Assembly: GCA_001513335.1 (NCBI GenBank)
Contig: LFTO01000057.1
Span: 1-55,066 of the forward strand
Source: Clostridiales bacterium DTU086
GTDB lineage: Bacteria > Bacillota > DTU086
Direction of reading: 5' to 3'
Length of the DNA stretch: 55,066 nucleotides
Shown: positions 40,160 to 49,957 of the stretch, piece after piece
How positions within the stretch are numbered: the stretch's first letter is position 1
How the letters are laid out: each line of letters opens with the position of its first letter
Notes under the pieces: model-generated
What the model was told of the DNA's origin: nothing
What the model saw: only the letters and a program-made list of their open reading frames with translations
Database searches by the model: none
Position numbers and translations under genes: made by a program

Positions 40160-40525
40160 TCACTTTTCCCTTTTTTCACAAGACCTTCTTTTAAATTTAT
40201 GCACTGTCAAAGAATGGATTGAGCTGACTGAGTTGAGTATCCTGAACCCAAGGGCAAGGAGTACGGCAAGGTATAATTCCACACCAAGATGTTCTCCAAT
40301 ATAAACAAGCAGCAGTGCAAAGACAAAAGTTACTCCTGTCCCTGACAAAAATGAAAAGGGGTCAAAATTTTCATTCAACCCCTGAACCAGCCCCGCTAAA
40401 ATCCCGTCCAAGATAACAAGCACTGCAACAGCAATATAACGGCTATAAGCTACAGGGATTTCCAAAGGCAGCCATATTCCTAAAACCACCCCTGCACAAA
40501 GACCCAATACAGGCAACAGCCACAT
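40160..40525 (-). CDS. sbp: small basic protein Sbp (DUF1290)
   Basis: MWLLPVLGL...LGVELYLA...; collinear with B. subtilis Sbp as I recall it. Start at ATG 40525 (GGAGTG SD 8 nt upstream). Basic C-terminus. Confidence 0.85.
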   Translation of the reverse strand: MWLLPVLGLCAGVVLGIWLPLEIPVAYSRYIAVAVLVILDGILAGLVQGLNENFDPFSFLSGTGVTFVFALLLVYIGEHLGVELYLAVLLALGFRILNSVSSIHSLTVHKFKRRSCEKREK

Positions 40526-40846
40526 AATTTTTTCACTCCACATTTTCAGATTTGGCGTTGAACTGACTCCTTTTCAAGGTGAACTGACCCCGGCAGTCCA
40601 CGTGGAGCAACTCATACGTACTACCCGAAGGTGACGATTCTCCAACGCTAATATAACCGCAATGGGTATGCCGGTTCTCAAAAGTCGGAAGTGATTAGAG
40701 CTCCCCAACATTGCACTAAACCTTACCTTAGAAGAGCTGGTCTCGGAAAGCCGGCAGGGACAGAAGAAACGCCTTTGTACCCATCTGACTCCCGCCGAGA
40801 CTGGCTGCATATCATAAAGTTTCATAAAAGTAAAGCAGTACCCCTA

Positions 40847-41572
40847 TTACTTGTATACAGGGGACTTGGGAAACCTTACATCAATATATTCAGCGTTTGG
40901 CACCTTGGAAGCAATGTCCAGGGCAAGGCTCATTTTTTCAGATATTTTTTCGTCGTTCCCCAGAAGAATTCTTGTTTGAGAAAAAGTAAAAACAATTATT
41001 TTATTAACGTCACGCACTTCGATTTCCGCTATTGATTCCTTTTTCTCGCAGCAATTTACGATCTCCAGGGCCACGGGAAGGCGTTCGTTATCCACTTTTG
41101 TTCCGGGAGGCACGCCATCTTTCATTCCCAGGCCCGATACAACGGGCAAATCAAGATTACTTATTTCATTACAGTGCCTTAAACAGTACCCTTCTTTACT
41201 GACAACCATAAAACCTCCCTCGAAAGGCACAACGGCTGCAGGTACATATTCCACAACTTGGATACGGATAGTATCGGGTAAATCTCGTTTCAGCTCTACA
41301 GAGGCAACAAAGGGATGGAGGAGAATTTTTTCTTTTACAGACTGGATATCCACACGGAAGATATTTGTACCCTTATTGATACCGGACAACTTCACTGCTT
41401 CCTCACTGGAAAGATTCGAATTCCCGGCTACGGTAATTGAAGATACGTCAAAATAGGGAGATTGAAAAAAAAAGTATGCGGTCAGAACCAACACCAGAAA
41501 AACCAAAAGGGTACGAATGGAATAGCGCCGCCCTACATACTTATAACGTTTTCCCCTCTTCTTTTGAGGCAC
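40847..41572 (-). CDS. divIB: cell-division protein FtsQ/DivIB (POTRA domain)
   Basis: One TM helix followed by POTRA (ITVAGNSNLSSEEAVKLSGI). Start set at GTG 41572 behind GGGAGGTG. The ORF is open to TTG 41629 with no SD. Confidence 0.85.
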   Translation of the reverse strand: MPQKKRGKRYKYVGRRYSIRTLLVFLVLVLTAYFFFQSPYFDVSSITVAGNSNLSSEEAVKLSGINKGTNIFRVDIQSVKEKILLHPFVASVELKRDLPDTIRIQVVEYVPAAVVPFEGGFMVVSKEGYCLRHCNEISNLDLPVVSGLGMKDGVPPGTKVDNERLPVALEIVNCCEKKESIAEIEVRDVNKIIVFTFSQTRILLGNDEKISEKMSLALDIASKVPNAEYIDVRFPKSPVYK

Positions 41573-41638
41573 GATGCCACCTCCCGAAACACCCAAAAAA
41601 ATTATACCAAAAGCCCTAAGGTTGTCCAATAGCCAACT

Positions 41639-41661
41639 AAAAAAAGCAGCCCTTTCGCTGC
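41639..41661 (-). terminator. possible terminator after murA
   Basis: GCAGC-GAAAGG-GCUGC followed by seven U, starting right after the murA stop. The stem is only 5 bp. Confidence 0.45.
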
Positions 41662-41662
41662 G

Positions 41663-42919
41663 TCAAGTCTCCACACAAACAATTTTCGCTCCCAGCTGGT
41701 TCAACTTCCTATCGATACATTCATACCCCCGGAGAATGTGGGAGATATTCTCAACTACCGTTATCCCTTCCGCAACCAGTCCCGCCAGAACCAGGGCAAC
41801 TCCTGCCCGGAGGTCGGTAGCCTCCACGAAAGCACCGCTCAACCTGGGTACTCCCTTTATCAATGCCACCCGGCCCTCCAGAGTAATGTCTGCTCCCATC
41901 CGCCTGAGCTCTGCTGCATGTTTAAACCTGTTTTCAAATATTGTTTCCGTTACCATACTTGCGCCCTGGCTAATTGTCAGCAAAGTCATCATTTGGGGCT
42001 GAACGTCAGTTGGAAAACCCGGGTAGGGCAGAGTTTTGATGTTAACACTCTTGAGTGAAGAGGGTCCGCACACCCTGATGGTATCCCTTTCAACGATTAC
42101 CTCCGCACCCGTCTCCCGGAGTTTGGCTATAACAGGTTCCACGTGTTCAGGAATAGCATTTGTTATGCTTACATCACCCTGGGTAATTGCTGATGCAATC
42201 ATATAAGTTGCCACTTCAATGCGGTCTGGTATCACCTCATGTTTCGTACCTCTAAGGCTCTTCACCCCTTTTACGACTATTGTCCCTACTCCCGCACCCC
42301 GGACATGGGCTCCCATGGCATTTAGAAAGTTCTGCAGGTCAACTATTTCCGGTTCCTTGGCAGCATTCCTGATAACTGTGGTACCCTTGGCCAGAACAGC
42401 TGCAAGCATTAAATTCTCTGTTGCCCCTACGCTGGGAAAATCCAGGTGTATGTCTGCTCCAACCAACTGGGAAGCGCGAACCTGAATAAATCCCCCCTTT
42501 TCCTTGATTTCTGCGCCTAAAAGCTGGAGGCCTTTTAAGTGTAAATCAAGGGGCCGGGATCCAATGGAACAGCCGCCGGGGTAGGCTACATTAGCTTTGC
42601 CCATTCGTGCCAACAATGCGCCCATCACCAGGTTGCTGGCACGCAGTTTACGTGTAAGTGTTTCCGGAATTTCGGATGTTTGAATCTTGTCTGCTTCAAC
42701 CTCCAAACGGCGGTGTTTATGTTCTACAACGGCTCCCGCATGCCGCAGTACTTCCTTCATTACCTCAACGTCACTAAGATAGGGAACATTTTCTATCGTT
42801 GTTTTTCCTTCAGCTAAAAGAGCTGCCGCCATTATGGGCAGAACGGAATTCTTTGCACCACCTACGGATATTTTGCCGACCAGACGGTTCCCCCCCATGA
42901 CGATGTACTTCCCATTCAC
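41663..42919 (-). CDS. murA: UDP-N-acetylglucosamine 1-carboxyvinyltransferase
   Basis: 418 aa with the GGAKNS motif and the catalytic Cys region YPGGCSIGSRPLD. Confidence 0.95.
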   Translation of the reverse strand: MNGKYIVMGGNRLVGKISVGGAKNSVLPIMAAALLAEGKTTIENVPYLSDVEVMKEVLRHAGAVVEHKHRRLEVEADKIQTSEIPETLTRKLRASNLVMGALLARMGKANVAYPGGCSIGSRPLDLHLKGLQLLGAEIKEKGGFIQVRASQLVGADIHLDFPSVGATENLMLAAVLAKGTTVIRNAAKEPEIVDLQNFLNAMGAHVRGAGVGTIVVKGVKSLRGTKHEVIPDRIEVATYMIASAITQGDVSITNAIPEHVEPVIAKLRETGAEVIVERDTIRVCGPSSLKSVNIKTLPYPGFPTDVQPQMMTLLTISQGASMVTETIFENRFKHAAELRRMGADITLEGRVALIKGVPRLSGAFVEATDLRAGVALVLAGLVAEGITVVENISHILRGYECIDRKLNQLGAKIVCVET

Positions 42920-42941
42920 CGGTTTTTACACCTCCAAACCG

Positions 42942-43856
42942 TCAGGGTACTTCACCACCTAAAAATCTGATTTCCGTTTCCAGTTTAATACCAAACATGC
43001 TGTAAACCTGTTCCTGGATGCGTCTGATTAGGCGAACAATATCACTGGCTGTGGCGTTGTCAGCATTGACTATAAAGTTGGCGTGTTTGTGTGATACCTG
43101 GGCACCGCCCTCCCTTGCCCCCTTTAAACCTGCCTTTTCAATCAATAAGCCCGCCGGAACTGAGGCCGGGTTAACAAAAACACTGCCAGCTGTTGCAGAC
43201 TCAACAGGTTGTGTCCGGCTTCGAACACCAAGGTAATGCTGCATTTTCTCCTTTACCTGTTCACCGGGCATTGGCTCAAGATCCATAACGCTCTGCAATA
43301 CAATAAACCGTCCGTCTCGGAACATACTGGACCGGTAGCCAAAGCCCAACTCCGACCCGGCAAAGGTGTGCAAAACCCCCTGATAATCCATAACCAAAAC
43401 AGAACGTACAATGTCCTGCATTGAGCTTCCGTGGGCCCCGGCATTGCTGACAACGGCACCGCCCACTGAAGCCGGAATACCGGCAGCAAACTCTAATCCG
43501 GACAAATTGTGCCCCTGTGCAATGCGGGAAAGTTCAGGAAGGTTAACCCCTGCCTCAGCAGTTATCCTTTCACCGGAAACATCCCAATTCCGGAGCCCCC
43601 GCATTTTTATTGTTAGCCCCTCCACGCCCCTGTCTGCTACTAAAACATTAGTGCCATTACCTAAAATGGTAACAGGCACATTGTTTTTCCAGGCAATCAA
43701 AACAGCCGTCCTCAAATCGTCAATAGAAACGGGAGTAACAAGGATTTCCGCAGGTCCACCCACCTTCCATGAAGTGTGCCTGCTCAAAGGCTCATCAAAA
43801 AGGACCTGCCCGGCAAAATTTGCTTTTATTTCTTCCCGCAGCCGGTTAGAACACAT
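42942..43856 (-). CDS. murB: UDP-N-acetylenolpyruvoylglucosamine reductase
   Basis: 304 aa with an FAD-binding domain (GGPA...LGNGTN) and AGSVF.NP. Confidence 0.9.
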   Translation of the reverse strand: MCSNRLREEIKANFAGQVLFDEPLSRHTSWKVGGPAEILVTPVSIDDLRTAVLIAWKNNVPVTILGNGTNVLVADRGVEGLTIKMRGLRNWDVSGERITAEAGVNLPELSRIAQGHNLSGLEFAAGIPASVGGAVVSNAGAHGSSMQDIVRSVLVMDYQGVLHTFAGSELGFGYRSSMFRDGRFIVLQSVMDLEPMPGEQVKEKMQHYLGVRSRTQPVESATAGSVFVNPASVPAGLLIEKAGLKGAREGGAQVSHKHANFIVNADNATASDIVRLIRRIQEQVYSMFGIKLETEIRFLGGEVP

Positions 43857-43862
43857 TGCCGC

Positions 43863-45257
43863 CTAAAACCCCCTTTGGCAATTTTCCCCTTCAAGGGCTT
43901 CAAGGAGGCCGGTGCCAACCTTCCAAACATCTCCCGCTCCTAAAGCCAAAACCATATCTCCAGGTTTAACAGTTTTTTTCAGGAAACCGATTGTATCTGC
44001 CCGATGGGGAATAAGCATAGCATTGCTGTTGCTGTTCTTTTTTATTTCTTCAACCAAATTGAAGGCATCCACACCAGCAATAGGGTTCTCTCCAGCCGAG
44101 TAGATATCGTTAACAATAACCATATCGGCATCTCCGAAGGCCTTGGCAAATTCTGAATGGAGCCTCTGGGTACGGGTAAACCGGTGAGGCTGGAATACGG
44201 CAATAATCCTTTTCGGATTACCCTGCCGGGCAGCCTTCAGAGTAGCCATTATCTCAGTAGGGTGGTGTGCATAGTCATCAATTACAACAACGCCTTTTGC
44301 CTCTCCAAGCTTCTGGAAGCGCCTGTTGGCTCCCATAAAAGAATTTAAAGATCGGGCAACACATTGAAAGTCAATACCTAATTCACAACTGACAGCAATG
44401 GCAGCGAGGGCATTAACCATATTATGATGACCGGGTACTTTTAGTTCCAATACCCCCAGCTTATTTTTGCCCTTAAAGACTTCTCCAAATGTTGAGTACC
44501 CCTGTGCAGTTATTCGATCAACCCGGTATTCAGCTGACGTATGGAATCCATATGTAATTATTTTCTGCTCTCCTGAAGCAGCTATCTCTCTCAGCAGAAG
44601 ATCATCGGCACATAATACGGAAAACCCGTCGGGCCTTACATTTTTTATGTACTGCTTAAAAGCCGCAGCAATATTCTCTACTGTCTCATAATAGTCTAAA
44701 TGGTCATCCTCGATATTACTGACTACAGCAACATAGGGGTTCAGTTTCAAAAATGAACCATCGGATTCATCCGCTTCAGCAACAAAATATTCGCCGGTGC
44801 CCAACTTGGCATTTGCCCCAATATTCCTGAGCTCTCCTCCGATAATAACAGTTGGATCAAGGCCGGCATCTTCAAGGCAGAGAGCAATCATAGAAGCAAT
44901 AGTAGTCTTACCGTGGGCGCCTGCCACAGCAATTCCTTTGGCTTCCTTCATTAACTCTGCCAGCATGTCGCTCCGGTGAATCACCGGCAATCCACGGCAG
45001 CGGGCTTCCTGAATTTCAGGGTTATCTTTTGAAATAGCCGTGGAAACAACAACAGTATCTACATCCTCGGAAATGTTTTCCCTACTGTGCCCCTGAAATA
45101 CTGTAGCGCCCATTTTCTCCAACGAAGCCGTTAAATGGGTCATTTTCAAATCTGATCCCGTTACCTTATAACCCTTTTCCATTAAAACTCTGGCGATACC
45201 ACTCATTCCAGATCCCCCGATTCCAACGAAATGAGTGGTTTTGCTGCGATTTTCCAA
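43863..45257 (-). CDS. murC: UDP-N-acetylmuramate--L-alanine ligase
   Basis: HFVGIGGSGMSGIA and GAHGKTT. Probable TTG start at 45257 behind AAAGGAG. The ORF is open to ATG 45323 with no SD. Confidence 0.9.
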   Translation of the reverse strand: MENRSKTTHFVGIGGSGMSGIARVLMEKGYKVTGSDLKMTHLTASLEKMGATVFQGHSRENISEDVDTVVVSTAISKDNPEIQEARCRGLPVIHRSDMLAELMKEAKGIAVAGAHGKTTIASMIALCLEDAGLDPTVIIGGELRNIGANAKLGTGEYFVAEADESDGSFLKLNPYVAVVSNIEDDHLDYYETVENIAAAFKQYIKNVRPDGFSVLCADDLLLREIAASGEQKIITYGFHTSAEYRVDRITAQGYSTFGEVFKGKNKLGVLELKVPGHHNMVNALAAIAVSCELGIDFQCVARSLNSFMGANRRFQKLGEAKGVVVIDDYAHHPTEIMATLKAARQGNPKRIIAVFQPHRFTRTQRLHSEFAKAFGDADMVIVNDIYSAGENPIAGVDAFNLVEEIKKNSNSNAMLIPHRADTIGFLKKTVKPGDMVLALGAGDVWKVGTGLLEALEGENCQRGF

Positions 45258-45371
45258 GAAGCTCTCAACTCCTTTTGATGAATTGAGGAGAAGCCACGGA
45301 TAACGCAAAACCATATTATGCATTAACCCATTAAAAAGTGCCAGTAAAAAACAAGCTTGTCCTTATCCTGG

Positions 45372-46493
45372 TTATTTCTCCAACAACTGCAGAATACTTT
45401 TAGTTATTAAAGATAAGGCTTCCGGCTTCCCCAAGCTGCGGCTCTGTGCTGCCATTGCTGCCAGCACATCGGTATGCAGAACGCTCTTTACAGCATCTAA
45501 CAGCATTTCCCCGTTTATTTCCTTCTCAAGATAAACCTTTGCCGCCCCTCTTTTTTCCAGGGAACGGGCATTATATTCCTGGTGATTTTCGGAAGCATAC
45601 GGGTAAGGAATAAGGATTGCAGGGACTCCCACTGCAGTGATTTCCGCCAAAAATGACGCACCTGCCCGGGAGACAACTATATCAGCCACTGCAAGACCAT
45701 AGTCCATCCGTTCCAGGTAGGGAATAATCTTTACCCCGGCACTTCCGCTGGGTGAGCCCTCCAGAAATGAAGAAAACTGGTTATAATTTTTCCTCCCGGT
45801 TACCACTATCAGCTGTACCGAGGGGTTGCTGTTTACCCACTCCAACAAAGGAATAACAGCTTCGTTAATACTCCTTGCCCCTTTACTGCCCCCAACCACC
45901 AATATGGTTCGTTTTTGAGGAGACAAACCAAAAAATTTATATGCCTCATCTCTTGAGACGTTCATTATTTCAGTACGAACCGGCAGGCCGGTTTCAATTA
46001 TATCAGCTTTTTGGAAAAGATGTTCTTTTGCCTCCGGAAAGGTTATGCAGACCTTATCCACGTATCTGGACAGTATCCTGTTGGTTATTCCGGGAAAAGC
46101 GTTCTGCTCATGAATAAGCGTAGGAATTTTTTTCAGGCAGGCTGTAAGGACAACAGGGCCGCACACATAACCACCTGTCCCAATCACTACATCGGGCCGA
46201 AAAGAGCGCAAAATCCCATTGGCCTGAAAAAAACTCCTGCCCAGCATGGCTGCAGTCTTTAAATTATGCAGGCTCAACCGGCGTTCTAAACCCGAAACAG
46301 TAATTGTTTTAAAAGGCAGGCCGGTTTTGGGCACTATTTCAGCCTCCAAGCCCGTTCCAGTGCCAACATAAAGTATCTTTATATCCGGAACAGCTTCCTT
46401 CAAGCCCTGGGCGATTGCCAGAGCCGGGTAAATGTGGCCCCCTGTTCCACCGCCTGTTATTACAGCTCTAATCCTTTTCTTTATTTCGGCCAA
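45372..46493 (-). CDS. murG: undecaprenyldiphospho-muramoylpentapeptide beta-N-acetylglucosaminyltransferase
   Basis: 373 aa with GGGTGGHIYPALA. Confidence 0.95.
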   Translation of the reverse strand: MAEIKKRIRAVITGGGTGGHIYPALAIAQGLKEAVPDIKILYVGTGTGLEAEIVPKTGLPFKTITVSGLERRLSLHNLKTAAMLGRSFFQANGILRSFRPDVVIGTGGYVCGPVVLTACLKKIPTLIHEQNAFPGITNRILSRYVDKVCITFPEAKEHLFQKADIIETGLPVRTEIMNVSRDEAYKFFGLSPQKRTILVVGGSKGARSINEAVIPLLEWVNSNPSVQLIVVTGRKNYNQFSSFLEGSPSGSAGVKIIPYLERMDYGLAVADIVVSRAGASFLAEITAVGVPAILIPYPYASENHQEYNARSLEKRGAAKVYLEKEINGEMLLDAVKSVLHTDVLAAMAAQSRSLGKPEALSLITKSILQLLEK

Positions 46494-46517
46494 GGCTTAA
46501 CCTCCTGACCACATAAT

Positions 46518-47615
46518 TCATTTACTCGAAGTATACCTGGAAATATTAAGCAAGATTCCCACACCCAGCATAACAAATACCAGAGAGGACCCTCCATAGC
46601 TGACGAAAGGCAGGGTAATGCCGGTTACAGGGAGAGTCCCCGTAACCACACCAACATTGATCACCATCTGGACAATTATCATACAAGTTACACCAACAGC
46701 CAACAGACTGCCAAAGCTGTCCTGAATGGTCAGGGCTACCTTGAACCCCCTCCAGAGGAGCACGAAGAAAAGGAGGAGAACCAGAGCAGCTCCAATGAAA
46801 CCCAATTCTTCCCCTAAAATTGCATAGATAAAATCCGTGTGACGTTCCGGCAGGTAGAAAAATTTCTGGCGGCTCTGTCCCAATCCCATGCCTACTAATC
46901 CCCCTGAACCTAAAGCCAGAAGGGATTGAATAGTCTGGTATCCTGTATCGCTGGGGTCCGCCCAGGGATTCCAAAAAGCGGTAAACCTCTCCATTCTGTA
47001 GGGAGACAGGACAATAGCCAGGACAACAAGACCAATTCCTGCCCCTGCAAGGAGCGCCAGATGTCGAAATTTACTGCCGGCAGCAATAAACATGCAGTAG
47101 ACGGTCCCGGCTATACATACAGCCGTTCCCAGGTCCGGTTGGAGCAGTATCAGTCCGCATACTACGCCCAAAACGGCAAGATTGGGCATCATTCCCACCC
47201 AAAGGTATTCCATTTTGCTGCGGTTTTCGCTCAGGCTCTTGGCCATAAAGACTACCATAGAGAGTTTTACTATTTCTGAAGGCTGAACGGACCGGAATCC
47301 TAAATCCAACCACCTGCTTGAACCGTGACTAACCGTCCCTATAATCAAAACCAGCATCAATAAAAACAGGGAACCTATCAATAACAGATTTGCCAGGCGT
47401 TTTAGGTACATGAAGTCAAAATTCATGGCTAATATCATTACGGCAACAGCCACCCCTGCAGAAAAAAGCTGGCGCTTGAGAAAATAAAACGAATCCCCAT
47501 AATCCAGGTAGGCTGTAACTGCACTGGCACTAAAAACCATTATTAAGCCAATTGTAAGCAGAATCAGGGAAACAGCCATGATTACAAAATCCGGCGACCC
47601 TCTCCTACCGTTCAC
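46518..47615 (-). CDS. spoVE: SEDS-family peptidoglycan glycosyltransferase FtsW/SpoVE
   Basis: 365 aa, polytopic, with QPSE and LPFVSYGGSS. It occupies the murD-murG slot that spoVE holds in Bacillus. Confidence 0.9.
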   Translation of the reverse strand: MNGRRGSPDFVIMAVSLILLTIGLIMVFSASAVTAYLDYGDSFYFLKRQLFSAGVAVAVMILAMNFDFMYLKRLANLLLIGSLFLLMLVLIIGTVSHGSSRWLDLGFRSVQPSEIVKLSMVVFMAKSLSENRSKMEYLWVGMMPNLAVLGVVCGLILLQPDLGTAVCIAGTVYCMFIAAGSKFRHLALLAGAGIGLVVLAIVLSPYRMERFTAFWNPWADPSDTGYQTIQSLLALGSGGLVGMGLGQSRQKFFYLPERHTDFIYAILGEELGFIGAALVLLLFFVLLWRGFKVALTIQDSFGSLLAVGVTCMIIVQMVINVGVVTGTLPVTGITLPFVSYGGSSLVFVMLGVGILLNISRYTSSK

Positions 47616-47619
47616 ACTT

Positions 47620-48978
47620 TTACCTCCTTAGAGCTGCCACCTGAGAGATATACAGCTCCCCTCTTTCCTCATAGTTGTTGAACATATCCCAACTGGCGCA
47701 TGCAGGAGACAGCAGGACAATATCCCCCGGCACCGCTATCCTTGCCGCCCGGGCTACAGCCTGTTCAATTGAGCTTACCTGAGAAAACTTGTGGTACCCC
47801 ACAGATTCCAAGGCTTGCATAATTTCAGGGGCTGCCTCTCCCAGGACAATGACCTCTTTAACCCTCCGTCTGATTACATCTGCAAACTCGGAAAAGTCAC
47901 TGCCCTTGTTTTTTCCCCCGGCGATTAGGATAATTGGCTCGGAGTAAGCGCTGATAGCCTTTATGGAGGCATCCGGGTTAGTACCCTTTGAGTCGTTAAC
48001 ATATTTTACCCCGTTAATTTCATCAACAAACTGCAGCCGGTGCTTAACACCCTTGAAAGTCCTCAGGGTTTGGGCAACACTCCCGGGATCAAGCCCCATC
48101 AGCAAAGCGGCACAGCAGGAAGCCAGTATGTTTTCCAGGTTATGGTCTCCCTTGAGAAAAAGATCACTCCTGCTGCAGATAAAGGTTTTCTTCCCCTTGT
48201 AGGAAAAATATAAATCTTCTCCTGAAAGATAAGCTCCTTTTTCTAGAGTATGTCTTAAACTGAAAAATATCACTTCACCGCTTGTCCCAGAAGCCATTGA
48301 TTTTACAAGCTCATCATCGTAATTTAATATCGAAAAATCGCCTTTTCCCTGGTTGCAAAAGATTGCCTGTTTAGCCTGTTTATACTCTTCCATAGTATGG
48401 TGCCTGTCAAGATGGTCCGGAGTAATATTGAGTACAATGCCCACCCTGGGCCGGAAGTTGTGAATTGCCTCCAGCTGAAAACTGCTCACCTCAACAACTA
48501 CCACATGATCCGGCGTAATTTTGTCTATTTCCCCAATTAAAGGGACACCTATATTCCCTGCCACAATAGTAGGAATTCCCCCATCAGCAAACATCCTGCC
48601 CAACAAAGAAGTAGTAGTCGTCTTCCCGTTTGTACCCGTAACAGCAATAATCGGTGCATCAAACATGGAGGCGGCCAGTTCAATTTCACTCCATAGAGAA
48701 ATTCCGTACTCTTTAGCTTTCAAAACAGGGGAAATATTCATGGGCACACCCGGACTCATTACTAAGAAGTCAGTGTTTTCCGGGGTAATCTCCGGGTACC
48801 CCCCTGCAACAACATCCACAGGAATGGCTTTAAGCTGGCGGATAGCCTCCTCCAGCATGTATTCACGCTTGATGTCGCATACCGTAACCCGGGCACCTAA
48901 CCCTTTCAACACCTTTGCCGCAGCGATACCGGTCCTGCCCGCACCTATTACAACTGCTTTCTTACCTTTTACCAGCAT
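47620..48978 (-). CDS. murD: UDP-N-acetylmuramoylalanine--D-glutamate ligase
   Basis: Start trimmed to MLVKGKKAVVIGAGRTG. Contains GTNGKTTT. It overlaps the mraY end by 15 nt. Confidence 0.9.
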   Translation of the reverse strand: MLVKGKKAVVIGAGRTGIAAAKVLKGLGARVTVCDIKREYMLEEAIRQLKAIPVDVVAGGYPEITPENTDFLVMSPGVPMNISPVLKAKEYGISLWSEIELAASMFDAPIIAVTGTNGKTTTTSLLGRMFADGGIPTIVAGNIGVPLIGEIDKITPDHVVVVEVSSFQLEAIHNFRPRVGIVLNITPDHLDRHHTMEEYKQAKQAIFCNQGKGDFSILNYDDELVKSMASGTSGEVIFFSLRHTLEKGAYLSGEDLYFSYKGKKTFICSRSDLFLKGDHNLENILASCCAALLMGLDPGSVAQTLRTFKGVKHRLQFVDEINGVKYVNDSKGTNPDASIKAISAYSEPIILIAGGKNKGSDFSEFADVIRRRVKEVIVLGEAAPEIMQALESVGYHKFSQVSSIEQAVARAARIAVPGDIVLLSPACASWDMFNNYEERGELYISQVAALRR

Positions 48979-48991
48979 TCCCGTCCACACC

Positions 48992-49957
48992 TCACCCAAG
49001 TTTACATACCTCAAACAAACCCACCAGGGCACATACTGCACCTACCGCCCAGAAAAAATATACTACTTTCCCTTCTGACCACCCGGACAGCTCAAAATGG
49101 TGGTGCAGCGGTGCCATTCGGAACAGCCTTGTGCCCCTGAGCCTGAAGGAAAGAACCTGCAAAATCACTGACAGGGTTTCAATAACAAAAACACCACCAA
49201 TTATTATGAAAGACAGTTCCGTAGAGGTTAAGACCGCTAAGGTGGCAATGGCACCTCCCAGGGCAAGAGACCCCGTATCCCCCATAAAAATTTTTGCCGG
49301 ATGGAGGTTAAATACCAAAAAACCTAAACATCCCCCCAGCAAAGCTGCGGCAAATACAGCCATGTCGGGCTGTTGAAAATATAGGGAAATGAAGACGTAA
49401 GCAGCAGATACAAAGAGGGTAATGCCTGCCGCCAGGCCGTCCAGGCCGTCAGTAAGATTAACAGCATTAGTGCTGCTGACAAGTACCAGCATAACGAAAG
49501 GAATATAAAAATACCCAAAATCAACGTGGGCACCAGAAAAAGGTATCCGCACAGTTGTCCCGCGGCTAAGGAAATAGACAGCAGCAACGGCTAGAAAAAC
49601 AGACAGGAGAACCTGACCGCCAAGCTTATACCTGGCTTTTAACCCCAAAGGCCTCTTAAGCACTACCTGTAAAAAGTCATCTACAAACCCGATAGCTCCA
49701 AAACCAATGGTAATTACCAGGGCAGCCATGGCATTAAGGCTGTCGCCGGCAAAGAAAAGGCTGGCAACCGCCAGGGGAATAATAAAAATCACTCCGCCCA
49801 TTGTAGGCGTCCCCGCTTTGGCTAAATGGGTAGCCGGACCGTCATCCCTTACGTACTGGCCAAACCTCAGTCTCCGCAGCAGGGCAATAGCCACCGGGCC
49901 GATTAATAAAGCCGCAGCAAAAGAAACCCCTGCAGCCCATAATACCCTGTCAAACAT
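48992..49957 (-). CDS. mraY: phospho-N-acetylmuramoyl-pentapeptide transferase
   Basis: 321 aa with 10 TM helices, NAVNLTDGLDGLA and GDTGSLALGG. Confidence 0.95.
   Translation of the reverse strand: MFDRVLWAAGVSFAAALLIGPVAIALLRRLRFGQYVRDDGPATHLAKAGTPTMGGVIFIIPLAVASLFFAGDSLNAMAALVITIGFGAIGFVDDFLQVVLKRPLGLKARYKLGGQVLLSVFLAVAAVYFLSRGTTVRIPFSGAHVDFGYFYIPFVMLVLVSSTNAVNLTDGLDGLAAGITLFVSAAYVFISLYFQQPDMAVFAAALLGGCLGFLVFNLHPAKIFMGDTGSLALGGAIATLAVLTSTELSFIIIGGVFVIETLSVILQVLSFRLRGTRLFRMAPLHHHFELSGWSEGKVVYFFWAVGAVCALVGLFEVCKLG

Noticed and set aside
40574-40825. 83-aa minus-strand ORF in the ftsQ-sbp spacer
   Set aside because: It has no Shine-Dalgarno and an Arg/Ser/Cys-rich, non-protein-like sequence. 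I treat the region as non-coding (see the finding on this spacer).
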